From contig NC_068996.1 of the NCBI RefSeq assembly GCF_001194135.2, positions 49,826,309 through 49,890,308 of the forward strand: 64,000 nucleotides of DNA, in the 5' to 3' direction. Positions 38,209 through 50,222 of this stretch are shown piece after piece. The stretch's first letter is position 1. Each line of letters opens with the position of its first letter. The stretch is from Octopus bimaculoides. Taxonomy: Eukaryota. The position numbers were made by a program, and so were the translations under genes. The notes beneath the pieces are model-generated. The model ran no database searches. It was given only the letters and a program-made list of their open reading frames with translations, and was not told where the DNA came from.

Positions 38209-39899
38209 ATGGCTTTCAGAATCAGAAGTAGGGCATGGGTCAAAATACTTTGGTGTCTGGTTAAATCTCTTTACATTCTAAGTTAAAATCCCATTCAGAT
38301 CCTTTTAATTCTTTCATTTTAGTGAAATTGATAAAATAACAACTTGAGGCTTGATGCAATCAACTATTCCCTAGCATGTGGTGCTCCAGCATGGCCACAG
38401 TCCAATGACAAAGTAGTAAAGGAAGAATCACTGCAAGGAATTTTGTTTGATGCTCCACTAGTTTTACCAACTTAGAGTAGAAAGGCCACATATTTGTGTG
38501 TGATTACTCTAATCACACACAAATTTGTGGCCTCATTGAAATCGACCCTGCTGCCATTACAAAAGTTTCATTGAGTTGGAAAGAATGAAAGGGAAGTTGG
38601 TCAGTGGCAAGACCACTGGAACTAAGTTCAGAGATGGTTACTGATAAAGTTTATTACCAAATATCTTTAATATAACATTTAATAAAATTCAAAGAATTAG
38701 ACAAATTCAAAAGCTATGAAGAAAACAAAAATTTGTTGTTTTGTACAGGGAAGGGATCATGCTTCAGAACTCACTTCCCTCAAAACATCCATATATATAT
38801 CTTGCTTCACAGAATTTTTTTAACTGTTTTGTTAAAAAAAAAAAAATTTTTTTATTACACTTCTACTGATGAAGACAACCACTAGGTTACTTATTTTAAC
38901 AGAGATATGTTTTTCTTTCATATTAAGTAATAGGCCACTCTGACCCACTTTAGAATTTAGTACTAATTTTGAAAAAATTGAATTATTATTTCTTTAAAAT
39001 ATTTCTTTTTAACAATAAAGAGAGAGAAAAAATTCCCCCAAATTAATCATCAGGTGAAAATCAGATTTAAAAGATACATTTTTGATGCTTAAATTATTGA
39101 GTTGTAGGTGAGAAAAAATTTTTTTATTGTGAATAGGAGTTTTATTTTTAAATAAAAACGATTTTTCTTCTAGATCAATGACTGAGTACTTGATTCTTAG
39201 GAATTTCCAAGAGGGAAAAGCCAGTTTGATATAGTAAAAGTAGAAAATAGTAGGGTTGATAAGTTGATGAGATTAACATCAATAAGACAAAAAATGGTGT
39301 TTTATAAACAAAACCCCTAAAGATATTTAGTTCTGCACTGAATTACATACACTCACTCGCTACATTCACTGTTATAAATATGCAATGAACGGTATATTGA
39401 ATATTGCTGTCATCTTTGGCTGGTACCTCCTGAGAGTCTTAACTTCCTTCATTGAATTCAGAATCAAGTTGTTAATATGGTGGGTCCTCTTCTTTCTATA
39501 AGTATTTCCATGGTCATGGTGGATTTTCTGGTCTAGTACCCATTATCAAAACCTTTAAATATGTCGCCTACTTCTCTTTCCAGGTGCATTGTTTCTCTGT
39601 TGAGCATCTTGTTAGTCATAAGCCCTTTTATCCTATCAGCCTCTTTCCTTGAATTGCTGCTTCTTCAAACTAAACTACCATTGTCTTGTTTTCCTCAGTT
39701 CTACGATATTCAATTCTCTAACTTTTCAGATAACATCTTTTGAATCTCTAGGCCCATCTTTTCTTTACAGAAACCTGAAGCCTTGTTTGGGACAAAATTG
39801 TACAAAAAAAAAAAAAAAGGGATCCAGAATGATATGGTTTTTAAAGTTCCTGCATACTGTATAATATACTTCAACTACTTTCTTTCACTGATTTATTAG

Positions 39900-40420
39900 A
39901 AGTAAACTCTTTACATTTCTTGCAGTGAGGCCAGCTTCTTTCGGCTCTGCATACAAACCCCAGTCTTTCATCAATTCTTGAGATGTATAAAAATCATGAA
40001 GTTTCCTTTGAATAACAGATTCCTGATGTGTTGGTTTCACAGTGCCAATTCTTTCCAGAATGAAATTGTTAGCTCTCTTTTCAATGAATGCTACTTTGAG
40101 AATGTGTATTTGTGCACATCTAAAATGCTATCAACTTATTTTCTTGTCATCTTTTTTAAGATTTATGTTTCACCGCCACATAAGGTTAGTAGCCAGATGA
40201 GTCTCTTGAGAAGGTGTATCTTGGTGTTAGTACACATAGATCTATCTTTGCAGATGTTCCAGAGGTTGGTAGCACCTATGTGTGCCAATCAGTTCAAAGA
40301 CAGTTTTTAATCTTGACATTTCCGATGTTAATATCCGCTTGGATTGCAGTTTTTCTTTATGTAAATAATTTTACACCTGCTTCATAAGCACATCCATAAT
40401 GTAGGCTGTAAACATTGCAT
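39900..40420 (-). mobile_element. Degenerate RTE (BovB-like) remnant
   Basis: WNICKDRSMCTNTKIHLLKRLIW...CGGET...ILKVAFIEKRANNFILERIG. Confidence 0.6.
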
Positions 40421-40799
40421 TTCAAAAACTTCTAACCTGTGTGTATTGTTAAATTTTAGGGTATATGTTCCCAAAGCATGCAATCATCATCATCATCATC
40501 AATGTCCATGCTCCTTGCTTGCATGGATTAGACGGTTTGATAAGGATCCAATGAGTCAAGGACTGCAATATACTCCAGTGTTCATTTTGGCATGGTTTCT
40601 ATGGCAGGATGCCTTTCCTAAGGTTAACCACGATACAGTGAGTACTGGGTGCTTTTTTTTCATACCACCAGCACAATTGAGGTCACCATGTAACTCACAA
40701 GCCCACATATACAGGGAGAGAGAGGATGTTGTGCCCTTATGTTAGATGCAGGTTAAAGTAAAAGGGAAGAGGTTGGAGTAGAGCAGGTTCTTGTAGAGG

Positions 40800-41005
40800 A
40801 GCTGCAAGACTGCTCAGATTTAAGAGAGAAAGAGTGAGAATGAATCAGAGGCATCACCAAGGAGATAGGCAGTAGTGATGAAGTGTCCAGGTGGCACCTC
40901 AGGTAGCAGGAACAGTAGTGAGTAGGGGGAATGGGGGTTTGTGTGGGTGAAGGAAGGAAGATATAGGAGAAGTGAGAGCAAGATGTAGCTCAGATTTGTA
41001 AGGAT

Positions 41006-41040
<35 letters not shown>

Positions 41041-41290
41041 AACTTGTTTGAGTAGGCTGCAGGAGCAGTGTAGAGAAATAAAATGAGTGTAATGCATGAG
41101 AAAATACAATTCGTTGGTCCAGGGAGGAGAACGCTGCAGTAACGTGGATGTGGAGAATAATAAGAATGACTAACAAATGAGATAGTTCTAGGTAGCAAGA
41201 GATAAAAGTGGTATCAGGGATGATGGTGGTGGTGGTGGTCATGAGGAGCTGCAGTGGATGATAAGCCATGGGGGAATTGGTTGCAATTGG
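40800..41290 (-). mobile_element. Possible Penelope-like remnant (RT-endonuclease linker)
   Basis: DQRIVFSHALH...LKILTNLSY...PPFP resembles the PLE linker also seen at 63480-63700. Confidence 0.4.
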
Positions 41291-41299
41291 GAATAAAAT

Positions 41300-41600
41300 A
41301 AAGGTATTATACAGTCTAACTTTGAATCCTGCATTAATCCAGCTCATGTTTCTTTGTCTTTCAAATGCTATGTTTTTGAGACTTGCCTTTTTTTACATAT
41401 TATGATCCATTTTGGTATTATACTACCAAGAAACACAAACTCTGTGACAGGTTCTACATCGGTACAATCCAGTTTGATAATTTCCCTGGTCTTACACTTC
41501 ATGTCGTTTATTTTCACATGCTTCATGTAACTATTTAGTGAATATTTTCAACTTGTCAAGTATTGTGATTATTGGATTGTTGCCAGTATGTCTGATATCT
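41300..41600 (-). mobile_element. Degenerate RTE RT-domain remnant
   Basis: KINDMKCKTREIIKLDCTDVEPVTEFVFLGSII...FKVRLYNT. Confidence 0.6.
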
Positions 41601-42550
41601 TATAGAAAAGATATCATTGAAGACTACACTTTTATCCAAGTCTTTTAGTTTTTTTACATGAAAAATTCAAGTAAGATATTAAAAAAAGGAGGGGTGGGAT
41701 AGTAGGCAAGCCTGCCTTTAAACCTGTACATACTTCAAATTAATCTGCTAGCTAAACATTCATGACTACAAAACACCTGGTATTGTTGTAAACAGTGCTA
41801 TCAAAAATTGAGGCAGACTATATACAAAGATAGGAAGCTAGGAGAAAAATGATTAAATAACTCAGATACTGTTAAAAGTTAAAATCCTCAGAGCAAAACC
41901 TACAAGACAAAATAGAATTATTTGAAGCTGTCCTCAAGAACAATATTAATCACAATCTCTCTGATTCAGTCCATGAAATGGGAGAGGGGGAAATATATCA
42001 AGTAATCAAAGTTGAAGACAGTAACATACACACACAATTGGGTTAATTCAATGGTGAAGAAGTTATTTCAATTATCTTAACATTAAATTCTCAAACAACC
42101 CAAAAGTATTATTAGAAATCTTGGATGGTTCATTTGTTGCAAATGCTCATGGAGAAATAACAGAAGAACTAGAAGAGGGCAATAAAAAAAAAGAGCTGAC
42201 ATACTAAAAGCAAGAAAAGAGCTTGTTGTCATTATGGTACACATAATTCAATCATCATCATCACTGTCATTTAACATCCATTGTCCAATGCTGACATGGG
42301 TTTGACAGGAGTTGACCAGCTGGGGAGTTATCCAGACTCCAACTGTCTGTTGTGGCTTGGTTTCTATGGCTGGATACTCCTACTAATGCTAACCACTTTA
42401 CAGAGTGTGCTGGGTGCTTTTTACGTGGCACCAGCACTGGCACAAGTGCATTTTATGTGGCACTGGCACCTGTAAAGAACAAGCCTGTATGTATGGATAA
42501 AAGGTAAAACAAAAAAAGACATCCAAAAATAACTGGATCTGTATGCTGTT

Positions 42551-43030
42551 GAATGAATGAATGAATGAATTCCAATATCTTAAATCTGGGTCTGTCTCCA
42601 TTAATGGGGGTGACCGGATCTACCACACTCTTACAGCAACAGCTCTCACACCATCTTGTCCAGTTTTGGGTGTCCTCCCTCCCAAAACCAACCCACCCAA
42701 TCTCTTCCTCCACCTGTCCCCTCCATGTTTTCTTCGGTCAACTTCATTTTTGTGGTTCATTCACTCTCCTCAGAACATGATCCTTATCCCTCCTCAACAC
42801 ATGTCCATACCACTGCACACCATTCACCCTTGCCAGTTGTTCCACCGATTCCTCCAACCCCAGCATCCCCATCAAGTCCTTAGCCCACCTTTTATCTAAT
42901 AATTTCACACCACACATTGCTCTCTCAGTCCTTCTCAAAATTGCCATCTCTCTCTCTCCCTCAGACACCATGTCTCACTCCGATACAGAATTGCAGATCT
43001 CATGCAACTCTGATAAACTCTTCCTTTCAT
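42551..43030 (-). mobile_element. RTE-like LINE 3' end with (TTCA)n tail
   Basis: Supplied ORF 42744-42971: LRRTERAMCGVKLLDK...LGLEESVEQLARVNGVQWYGHVLRR; gaat repeats at 42551-42570. Confidence 0.75.
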
Positions 43031-44449
43031 CTTCAAGGAGAACCTTTTCCCTTTTAATGTCAATATATAAAAAGGGTAATAAGCAAAATTCTGAAAACTA
43101 CAGAAGAGTCTTTCTCTTATGAATACTGGGAATTCTCTTTCACTGAATGAAAGGTGAAATAGATAGCATCAAATATAAAGACTACACACACACAAAGTAT
43201 TGCATGAAGTAGTGTTGAATAAAATATATTTGTGTAAAGTCATTTTTAACATGTTTGAGTGTAATGGGGCATGATAAGAACTTTTAATGCAGGGATAGTT
43301 GCAGGAATAGTCCGAGGAAAAAAAATTCTCCACCTACACTTGTGCAAATACAGTTTTGGACTGTAAACAATGACAGGATCTTTAGATGCATGTTTCTACT
43401 TCGTCAATTACAAAAACAACCAATTCAGTTACACACAGCAATAAAATGAATCAAGGGCATGTAACTCTAATAATTTTCCCTTGAAATTCAAGCTCAGTTG
43501 CATTAACAACGCTTATCAAAAGAGACTGTGAAAAATATGAAACTAATTCAAGTTTTTAGACTCTGCGCTTAGGTACAAATAAAAGGTTCTAATAAAGTGT
43601 TATGGTAGGTAATAGCTTGGACTGTAGTTTCCATATTTTAACAAATTTCCAGTCTCAATTATATAAACATAGATGCAACTAGAAATCTACAATCACCTTG
43701 GACATTTCATCAACAATTTTTGATGATTTGACCATAGCTACAATAGACTTGCCATAATAGTTTTGTTGTTGTTTGCAGTTTTGTTTCTCATTACTCATCT
43801 TTTCAGTTCAAGATTAAGGTTTTATTTACAGATGAAGGTTTCATTAAATATCTAAGATTAAGGATTTATTAAATATTCAATATATCAAACATTGAATAAT
43901 TTCTTGGAAACTTTGCATTCACTTTTGCAAGCAGCTGCTACAATGACAATGCTTCTTGTAAACAAGAAATTGTAGTATACATGATGCCAGTTGGTGTTTT
44001 TAGTGGAGATTACCTGCTTGCAAGTTTTTGAGTCAGGCTCTCATCAAGGGGTTATCACGACCTACCTTATAGTGTACCAATGTCCCCTACACTTTACCTA
44101 GCTGTGCCAAAAACATTAAACCATCTCAACAATTTTCCCTCCTCTACTTTAACAACCACGAACTCCAATGCATCATGGGTAGGCACTCCACAGAAATGTG
44201 TACCCTTACCATAATTCTCAGGGAGATACAGCGTGACACACCGAATGTGACAAGGTTGGCCCTTTAAATTACAAGTACAACTCAATTTTGCCAGCTAAGT
44301 GAACTGGAGCAACATGAAATAAAGAGTCTTGCTCAAGGATACAGCACGCTGTTGGGAACTGAACTCCCAACCTTACGGTCATGAGCCAAATACCATAACC
44401 ACCAAGCCACACACCTTCACAATGTGTCATAGAATCCACCCATAATCTC

Positions 44450-45330
44450 TTATCAATGCACAAACCACATATCTTATTCTCCAAGGCACAAATCTTTCAA
44501 CTCTTACCTTAGTTTATCTCTGCTGTCAATGTTACACTCTCAACTCAAAACTTCACAATGAAAGGTGGTGTCTAACCATATCTAAATTCCATTCTTCACC
44601 TGAATACCAGCAACGAAGATTTCTAGCAACACTACTGTTTCAAAGTTTCCTTCTCTACTCTCCTCTAATCACCAACCACTCTTCAAAGGTATCTCTTCCT
44701 GCATCAGGGTAGATGCAGAACAGATGTCCTTCTACAAGCGGCAAGCTGGCCGAATCATTAGCACACCAGGCGAAATGCTTAGCGGTATTTCATCTGCTGT
44801 TACATTCTGAGTTCAAATTCCGCCGAGGTCGACTTTGCCTTTCATCCTTTCGGGGGCTGATTAAATAAATACCAGTTACACACTGGGTCGATATAATCGA
44901 CTTATTCTGTTTGTCTGTCCTTGTTTGTTCCCTCAGGGTGTAGCCCCTTGTGGGCAGTAAAGAAATAAGAATGTCCTTCTACAATTGAGAAGGACATCTA
45001 CTTTACTTCAGTCCACTCTGAAGTTACTGTACTCAATAATGCAACACCCACAACTCATTTTTGGCTCATACGCTCATCCCATATTGATGCTTCTAGTGCA
45101 AAAACAAACTTTTGCAATCGTCAAATTTCTATATCAGCTAGCTTCATCCTCTACACATATTCCTGACCAATATACAAACACTCCAAACAGCCTTTATCTT
45201 TTTCTTACCTCCAAACCCACCCTCCACCAGACAATCACTGTCTATGTACACACAGGGTCATCCACCATGACTTATTACAACTACTACTACAGAATGCTGC
45301 TTTCACTTCCCAGACTCTAAGGTCCCTTAT
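44450..45330 (+). mobile_element. Possible Penelope-like RT N-terminal remnant, split by SINE-A
   Basis: PQLIFGSYAHPILMLLVQ resembles PTELISSYLDxILxPLVQ; degenerate. Confidence 0.35.
44738..44970 (+). mobile_element. SINE-A full-length copy, perfect 14-bp TSD
   Basis: atgtccttctacaa at 44724-44737 and 44971-44984. Confidence 0.92.
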
Positions 45331-47229
45331 ACCAGCTGACTAAATTCCACCAATTCTAAGCTAACTAACCCTGGCAGCAAATGTGCTTTACCCTCAACTC
45401 ATCAGAAATAGATGGGTGGATAACTAAAGACACCTTCTAAGGCTAGCTCTCCAAATCCTACATACATCCAAACTTCATGGCCCCAAATGATTCACTCACA
45501 CCTACACAGCAGCAGTTTTTGTAAAGAGGAAGAAAAAAAATTCCAAAGTAGCTACAATACTATAGGCACAGGCATGGCTGTGTGGTAAGAAGCTTGCTTC
45601 CAAATTCAGCTCCACTGCATGGCACCTTGAACAAGTGTTTCTATTGTAGCCTTGGGACAATCAAAGCCTTGTGAGTGGATTTGGTAGACAGAAATTGAAA
45701 GAAATCTGTCATATATATAAACACACACACACATATATGCAAGTGTGTGTCTGTCAGAACCAGTGCATTTACATACCTGTAGCTTAATGGTTCAACAAAT
45801 GAGACCAACAGCATAAGTACCAGTACTGGGTTCAATTCACTTGACTAAAAATTCACATTGTTTTGAATTAATCAATCATTATCTTGTAGTTTTGAGATTT
45901 TGATGATATGATTGTATATTTTTAGAATGACATTGTAGGGTAGGTGTGATATGTTGGATCTGGCCAGTTTGAAAATTAAACAGGGAGAATATTTTAGCCA
46001 GATATGGCTGGTTTAAATGTTGAAGAGTTAAACAAGTGATTCTAATTGGGATCCACATGACAATTGGGTAGGGGCCAATATAAGATTTTGTTGTTGAAAT
46101 TTACTGGCAATAAATTGGTTATATTGGAACAATACACAAAATATTTTAATAATTTTTTTCATACAGTTCCTAATGACATTTAATTATAAAAATATAACAG
46201 GATTTTTTAAAAACATGGGATGACTATAAGGGTCCATCTGAGTAAAATCAAAGGGGTCCAGAAGTAAAAAATGGGTGAGAAACATGTGTTAAAAGCTAGG
46301 TCTCACCATAGTCGGGAATCTTACCTGGTGAATGCACATCACCAACACAGCAGTGCTTTAAGCTATGAATCCTACACTAAACATTTCAACCAAAACTTTA
46401 CTTGCTTCCAACCCAATCCCATTAGGTTTTCTCCACTTATAAAGGGTAAAAAGGGTAAGGACCCCCTTCAGTCATGACTGACCATAGGATTGCACCTAGA
46501 GAGTTTCCCTCTGAGGCAGAAGTCCGGGCAAGGTTGTTTATGGAAGACCAGCAGTCGCCCATGCATACCAGCCTCTTTTCTCCATACCACTGATGTTATC
46601 CAATGGAAAAGCAAAGGCCGATACAGCTTGGCACCTGTGACATCTCTCAACGCATTTCTACAGCTGAGTGAACAGGAGCAATGTGAAATACAGTGTCTTG
46701 CTCAAGAATAACACAGCCCAGACTGGGAATCAAACTCACAACCTCATGATTGTGAGTCAATGCTCTAATCACTGAGCCATGTGCCTTAAGTGTAGAAATT
46801 AAAGCTGAACAAATACAGTGATCTCGATCTTCTTGTAATGGCAATGGGTACTACTGCTCCTCATCATTTTATAATGATAAGCATGTCTCTAAATTTTTAA
46901 TTAAAAGGAATGTCACCATCATCATAGTTTAACGTCCTTGTTCCATGCTGATATGGATTGCATGGTTTGACAGGATCTGACAGATCTAAGGACAATATTG
47001 TGTTCCACTGTCTAGTTTGGCATCATTTCTATGCTACTAAAAAACACCCAGTGCATACTGGGTGCTTTTCTTGATGTCACCAGCACTAGCAAGGTCACAA
47101 TGCAGCATGCAAGACTATGAAACCTGAGAGAAGTGGTTTCGTTTGAAGAGAAGAAGGGTTAAAGTATGAGAGGGAGTCAAAGTAGAACAGGTTCCTTAAT
47201 ATAAAGGAGCAACCATGGCTACACACACG

Positions 47230-47490
47230 TTTTAGAGGAGATGGTGTGGGGGTGATTAGGGTAGAGCTAGGAAGAGATAGAAATAGTGTAGATGAGACAT
47301 CAAAGTAGACCCTCAAGGTTTGAGGTCAATAGAAGCAAATGGGGGTAGAAGTGAGTGTGGGTAGGTTGAGGATGGGAGAGTGAAAGATGGAGAATGGATG
47401 AGGAGGTGAATATAATGAATGAAAAACAAATGTTGTGGGAGTGGGGGGGAAGATGTAGTGATCAGTTGATAAGGGATGGGGGAGTCGGAT
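47230..47490 (-). mobile_element. Possible Penelope-like RT remnant
   Basis: Pyrimidine-rich minus strand, TLRVYFDV...PSSTLI; weak. Confidence 0.3.
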
Positions 47491-47783
47491 GATGCATCAT
47501 CATCATCATTTAACATCTGCTTTCCATGCTAGCATGGGTTGGACGATTTGACTGAGGACTGGTGAAACCAGATGGCAACACCAGGCTCCAATCTGATTTG
47601 GCAGAGTTTCTACAGCTGGATGCCCTTCCTAACGCCAACCACTCAGTGAGTGTAGTGGGTGCTTTTACGTGCCACCAGCACGAAGGCCAGTCAGTCGGTA
47701 CATGTAGGTGAAAAGCATCAGAATAGTGACGAAGATACAATGGACAGGGGAAGGATGAGAGAGAGAGAGAGAGAGAGAGAGAG

Positions 47784-48021
47784 NNNNNNNNNNNNNNNNN
47801 NNNNNNNNNNNNNNNNNNNNNNNNNNNNNNNNNNNNNNNNNNNNNNNNNNNNNNNNNNNNNNNNNNNNNNNNNNNNNNNNNNNNNNNNNNNNNNNNNNNN
47901 NNNNNNNNNNNNNNNNNNNNNNNNNNNNNNNNNNNNNNNNNNNNNNNNNNNNNNNNNNNNNNNNNNNNNNNNNNNNNNNNNNNNNNNNNNNNNNNNNNNN
48001 NNNNNNNNNNNNNNNNNNNNN
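47784..48021. other. Assembly gap (N) inside a (GA)n tract
   Basis: N run; 10-N gaps also at 25430, 36475, 48391. Confidence 1.
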
Positions 48022-48065
48022 AGAGAGAGAGAGAGAGGGAGAGATAGAGAGAGAGAGGGAGAGAT

Positions 48066-48114
<49 letters not shown>

Positions 48115-48352
48115 GAGACTGAAATGATGCTATAGTTGAGTAAGTTCAGGTGGGAGGAGAGTGACATTGCTTGGGGAGAGAGGGAAAGGAAGAGAGAGAA
48201 TAGAGAGCGAAGAGATAGAGAGAGAGGGGAGAGAGAGAGAGAGACTGAAATGATGCTATAGTTGAGTAAGTTGAGGTGGGAGGAGAGTGACATTGCTTGG
48301 GGAGAGAGGGAAAGGAAGAGAGAGAATAGAGAGAGAAGAGATAGAGATAGAG

Positions 48353-48390
<38 letters not shown>

Positions 48391-48440
48391 NNNNNNNNNN
48401 GAGAGAGAGAGAGACTGAAATGATGCTATAGTTGAGTAAG
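48022..48440. repeat. (GA)n-embedded minisatellite, about 126-bp unit, 2-3 copies
   Basis: gagactgaaatgatgctatagttgagtaagtt at 48115, 48241, 48411. Confidence 0.8.
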
Positions 48441-48906
48441 TTTGGGGGGGGGGGGCAGCGATATAAATGGATGGTGGTGAAGAAGGAGAGATAATTTGGT
48501 GGCTTGACAGAGAGATCAGTGTAAAATGTGGGAAGAGATGACAGTATAAGGATGAATATCAAATGAGAAAAATTTTTAATATAAAGAGGAAAGCTGCAGT
48601 TAGAGAGATGATGGGTTTTGGGAGTGTCTTCACAACAAAACTAGGTGAAGGGCCCAGTTTTGGATCGGATGGACACACAGTGTTTTAGTACTTTGTTATA
48701 ACATTAACTTTATCACTAAGAGGAATTACCCTTGTATTAGGATTACTATCTAAATTAATCATCTTAAATATGATTCTAAAAATAAATGTAATTTCATTAT
48801 CTTATTAGTTTATATTTCTAAATATTTCAGTTCTATATTTAAGAGATGAGGAATTATGTACGTTATTTACATTTGACAGATATTTGTCCTCATCTTGTTT
48901 GTTGTT

Positions 48907-48952
48907 AACACAATGTTTTGGCTGATATACCCTCCAGCCTTTATCAGGTGTC
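48907..48952 (-). ncRNA. Hammerhead motif, degenerate (CTGATAA; AAAAC)
   Basis: gacac-CTGATAA-a-ggctg...cagcc-AAAAC-att-gtgtt. Confidence 0.6.
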
Positions 48953-49187
48953 TTGGGGAAATTTCAAACCTGGGTTCGCATTCCTAAGGTATTTTTCAAT
49001 GTTATTATTATTATTCAGGTCACTGCCTGGAATCAAACTCGGAATCTTAGGGTTAAGAGCGCGGGCTACTAACTCCAAGATTCCGAGTTCGATTCCAGGC
49101 AGTGACCTAAATAATAATAACAATAATAATAATAATAACATCGAAAAATAACATAGGAATGAGAACCCAGGTTTGAAATTTCCCCAA

Positions 49188-49233
49188 GACACCTGATGAA
49201 GGCTGGAGGGTATATCAGCCGAAACATTGTGTT
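49188..49233 (+). ncRNA. Minimal type-I hammerhead ribozyme motif (Penelope-type), core intact
   Basis: gacac-CTGATGA-a-ggctg[gagggtatat]cagcc-GAAAC-att-gtgtt; helix I gacac/gtgtt, helix II 5 bp; helix III palindrome altered (acgt to acat). Confidence 0.75.
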
Positions 49234-49340
49234 AACAACAAACAAGATGAGGACAAATATCCGTCAAATGTAAATAATATACATTTCTAAATATATTTAT
49301 AAAATCTTTTTATATATTTAAAACAAAGGAGGAAGCCTGT

Positions 49341-49380
<40 letters not shown>

Positions 49381-50182
49381 CGATTCATTTTTAAGTCTAT
49401 TTTTCCATGTTTATGAGATAGTCAAATACTTTATAGTGGCATGGTTTTGCAGCTGGATGATCTTCCTGTTGCTAACCCTTGCCAGTTTTTAAGTAAATAT
49501 ATATGTATGCATACATAAGTATATGAGACTGTGTGTATGTTTAAATTTTGGGTTCACTGGAGTGGTATTACTTTTCTCACTTCCATCAATAAACTGCCCA
49601 GTCTCTTCATGCCTTTGAAGATGTTTGAAATGAGGGATCCCTTACTTGGATAACAGGCAAGGGATAGCAAAAGAAAGGGCATTCAGGCTGTAAAACAATG
49701 CCTAAATAATGTTTGTCTAACCAATGCTGGCAAAAATGGACATAAAAATAAATGGTGCATGTGTATCATCATTGTCATCCAACATCTCCTTTTCCGATAC
49801 TTGTATTGGTCAAACGGAATTAGATGAGACAGTTTTTTTTTATTGCTGGATGTCCTTCCTGTTGCCAATCTTCACCTGTTTCCAAGCAAGGTAAGATTAC
49901 CCCATGACCAGATGTGTTTTTTTTTAAGGAAGACTGAAAACGAAAAATATTGCTTGCATGACAGGTGATACTCATTTTCAGCCCTTATTAAGGTTATCAC
50001 TACAGCTATTCTATGGAGATAACCTCAACATGTGATGTAAAGCACACTGCTAGCACAGTAAAACATGGCGTTGACTTATAAAAACGTTTAATATGCATTA
50101 TAGTATGTTATGGTTGCATAATGAAATACCGTGTGCCTACAAGTTATCATTTACAACCATCATATAATGTCAGGACAAGGGT

Positions 50183-50222
<40 letters not shown>

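Larger units (their letters stand above)
48828..49284. mobile_element. Palindromic pair of hammerhead-bearing tRNA-headed elements (HH-SINE), head-to-head
   Basis: 48856-49055 is the reverse complement of 49050-49284 apart from point changes and (TAA)n length; both arms match 62666-62921. Confidence 0.9.
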
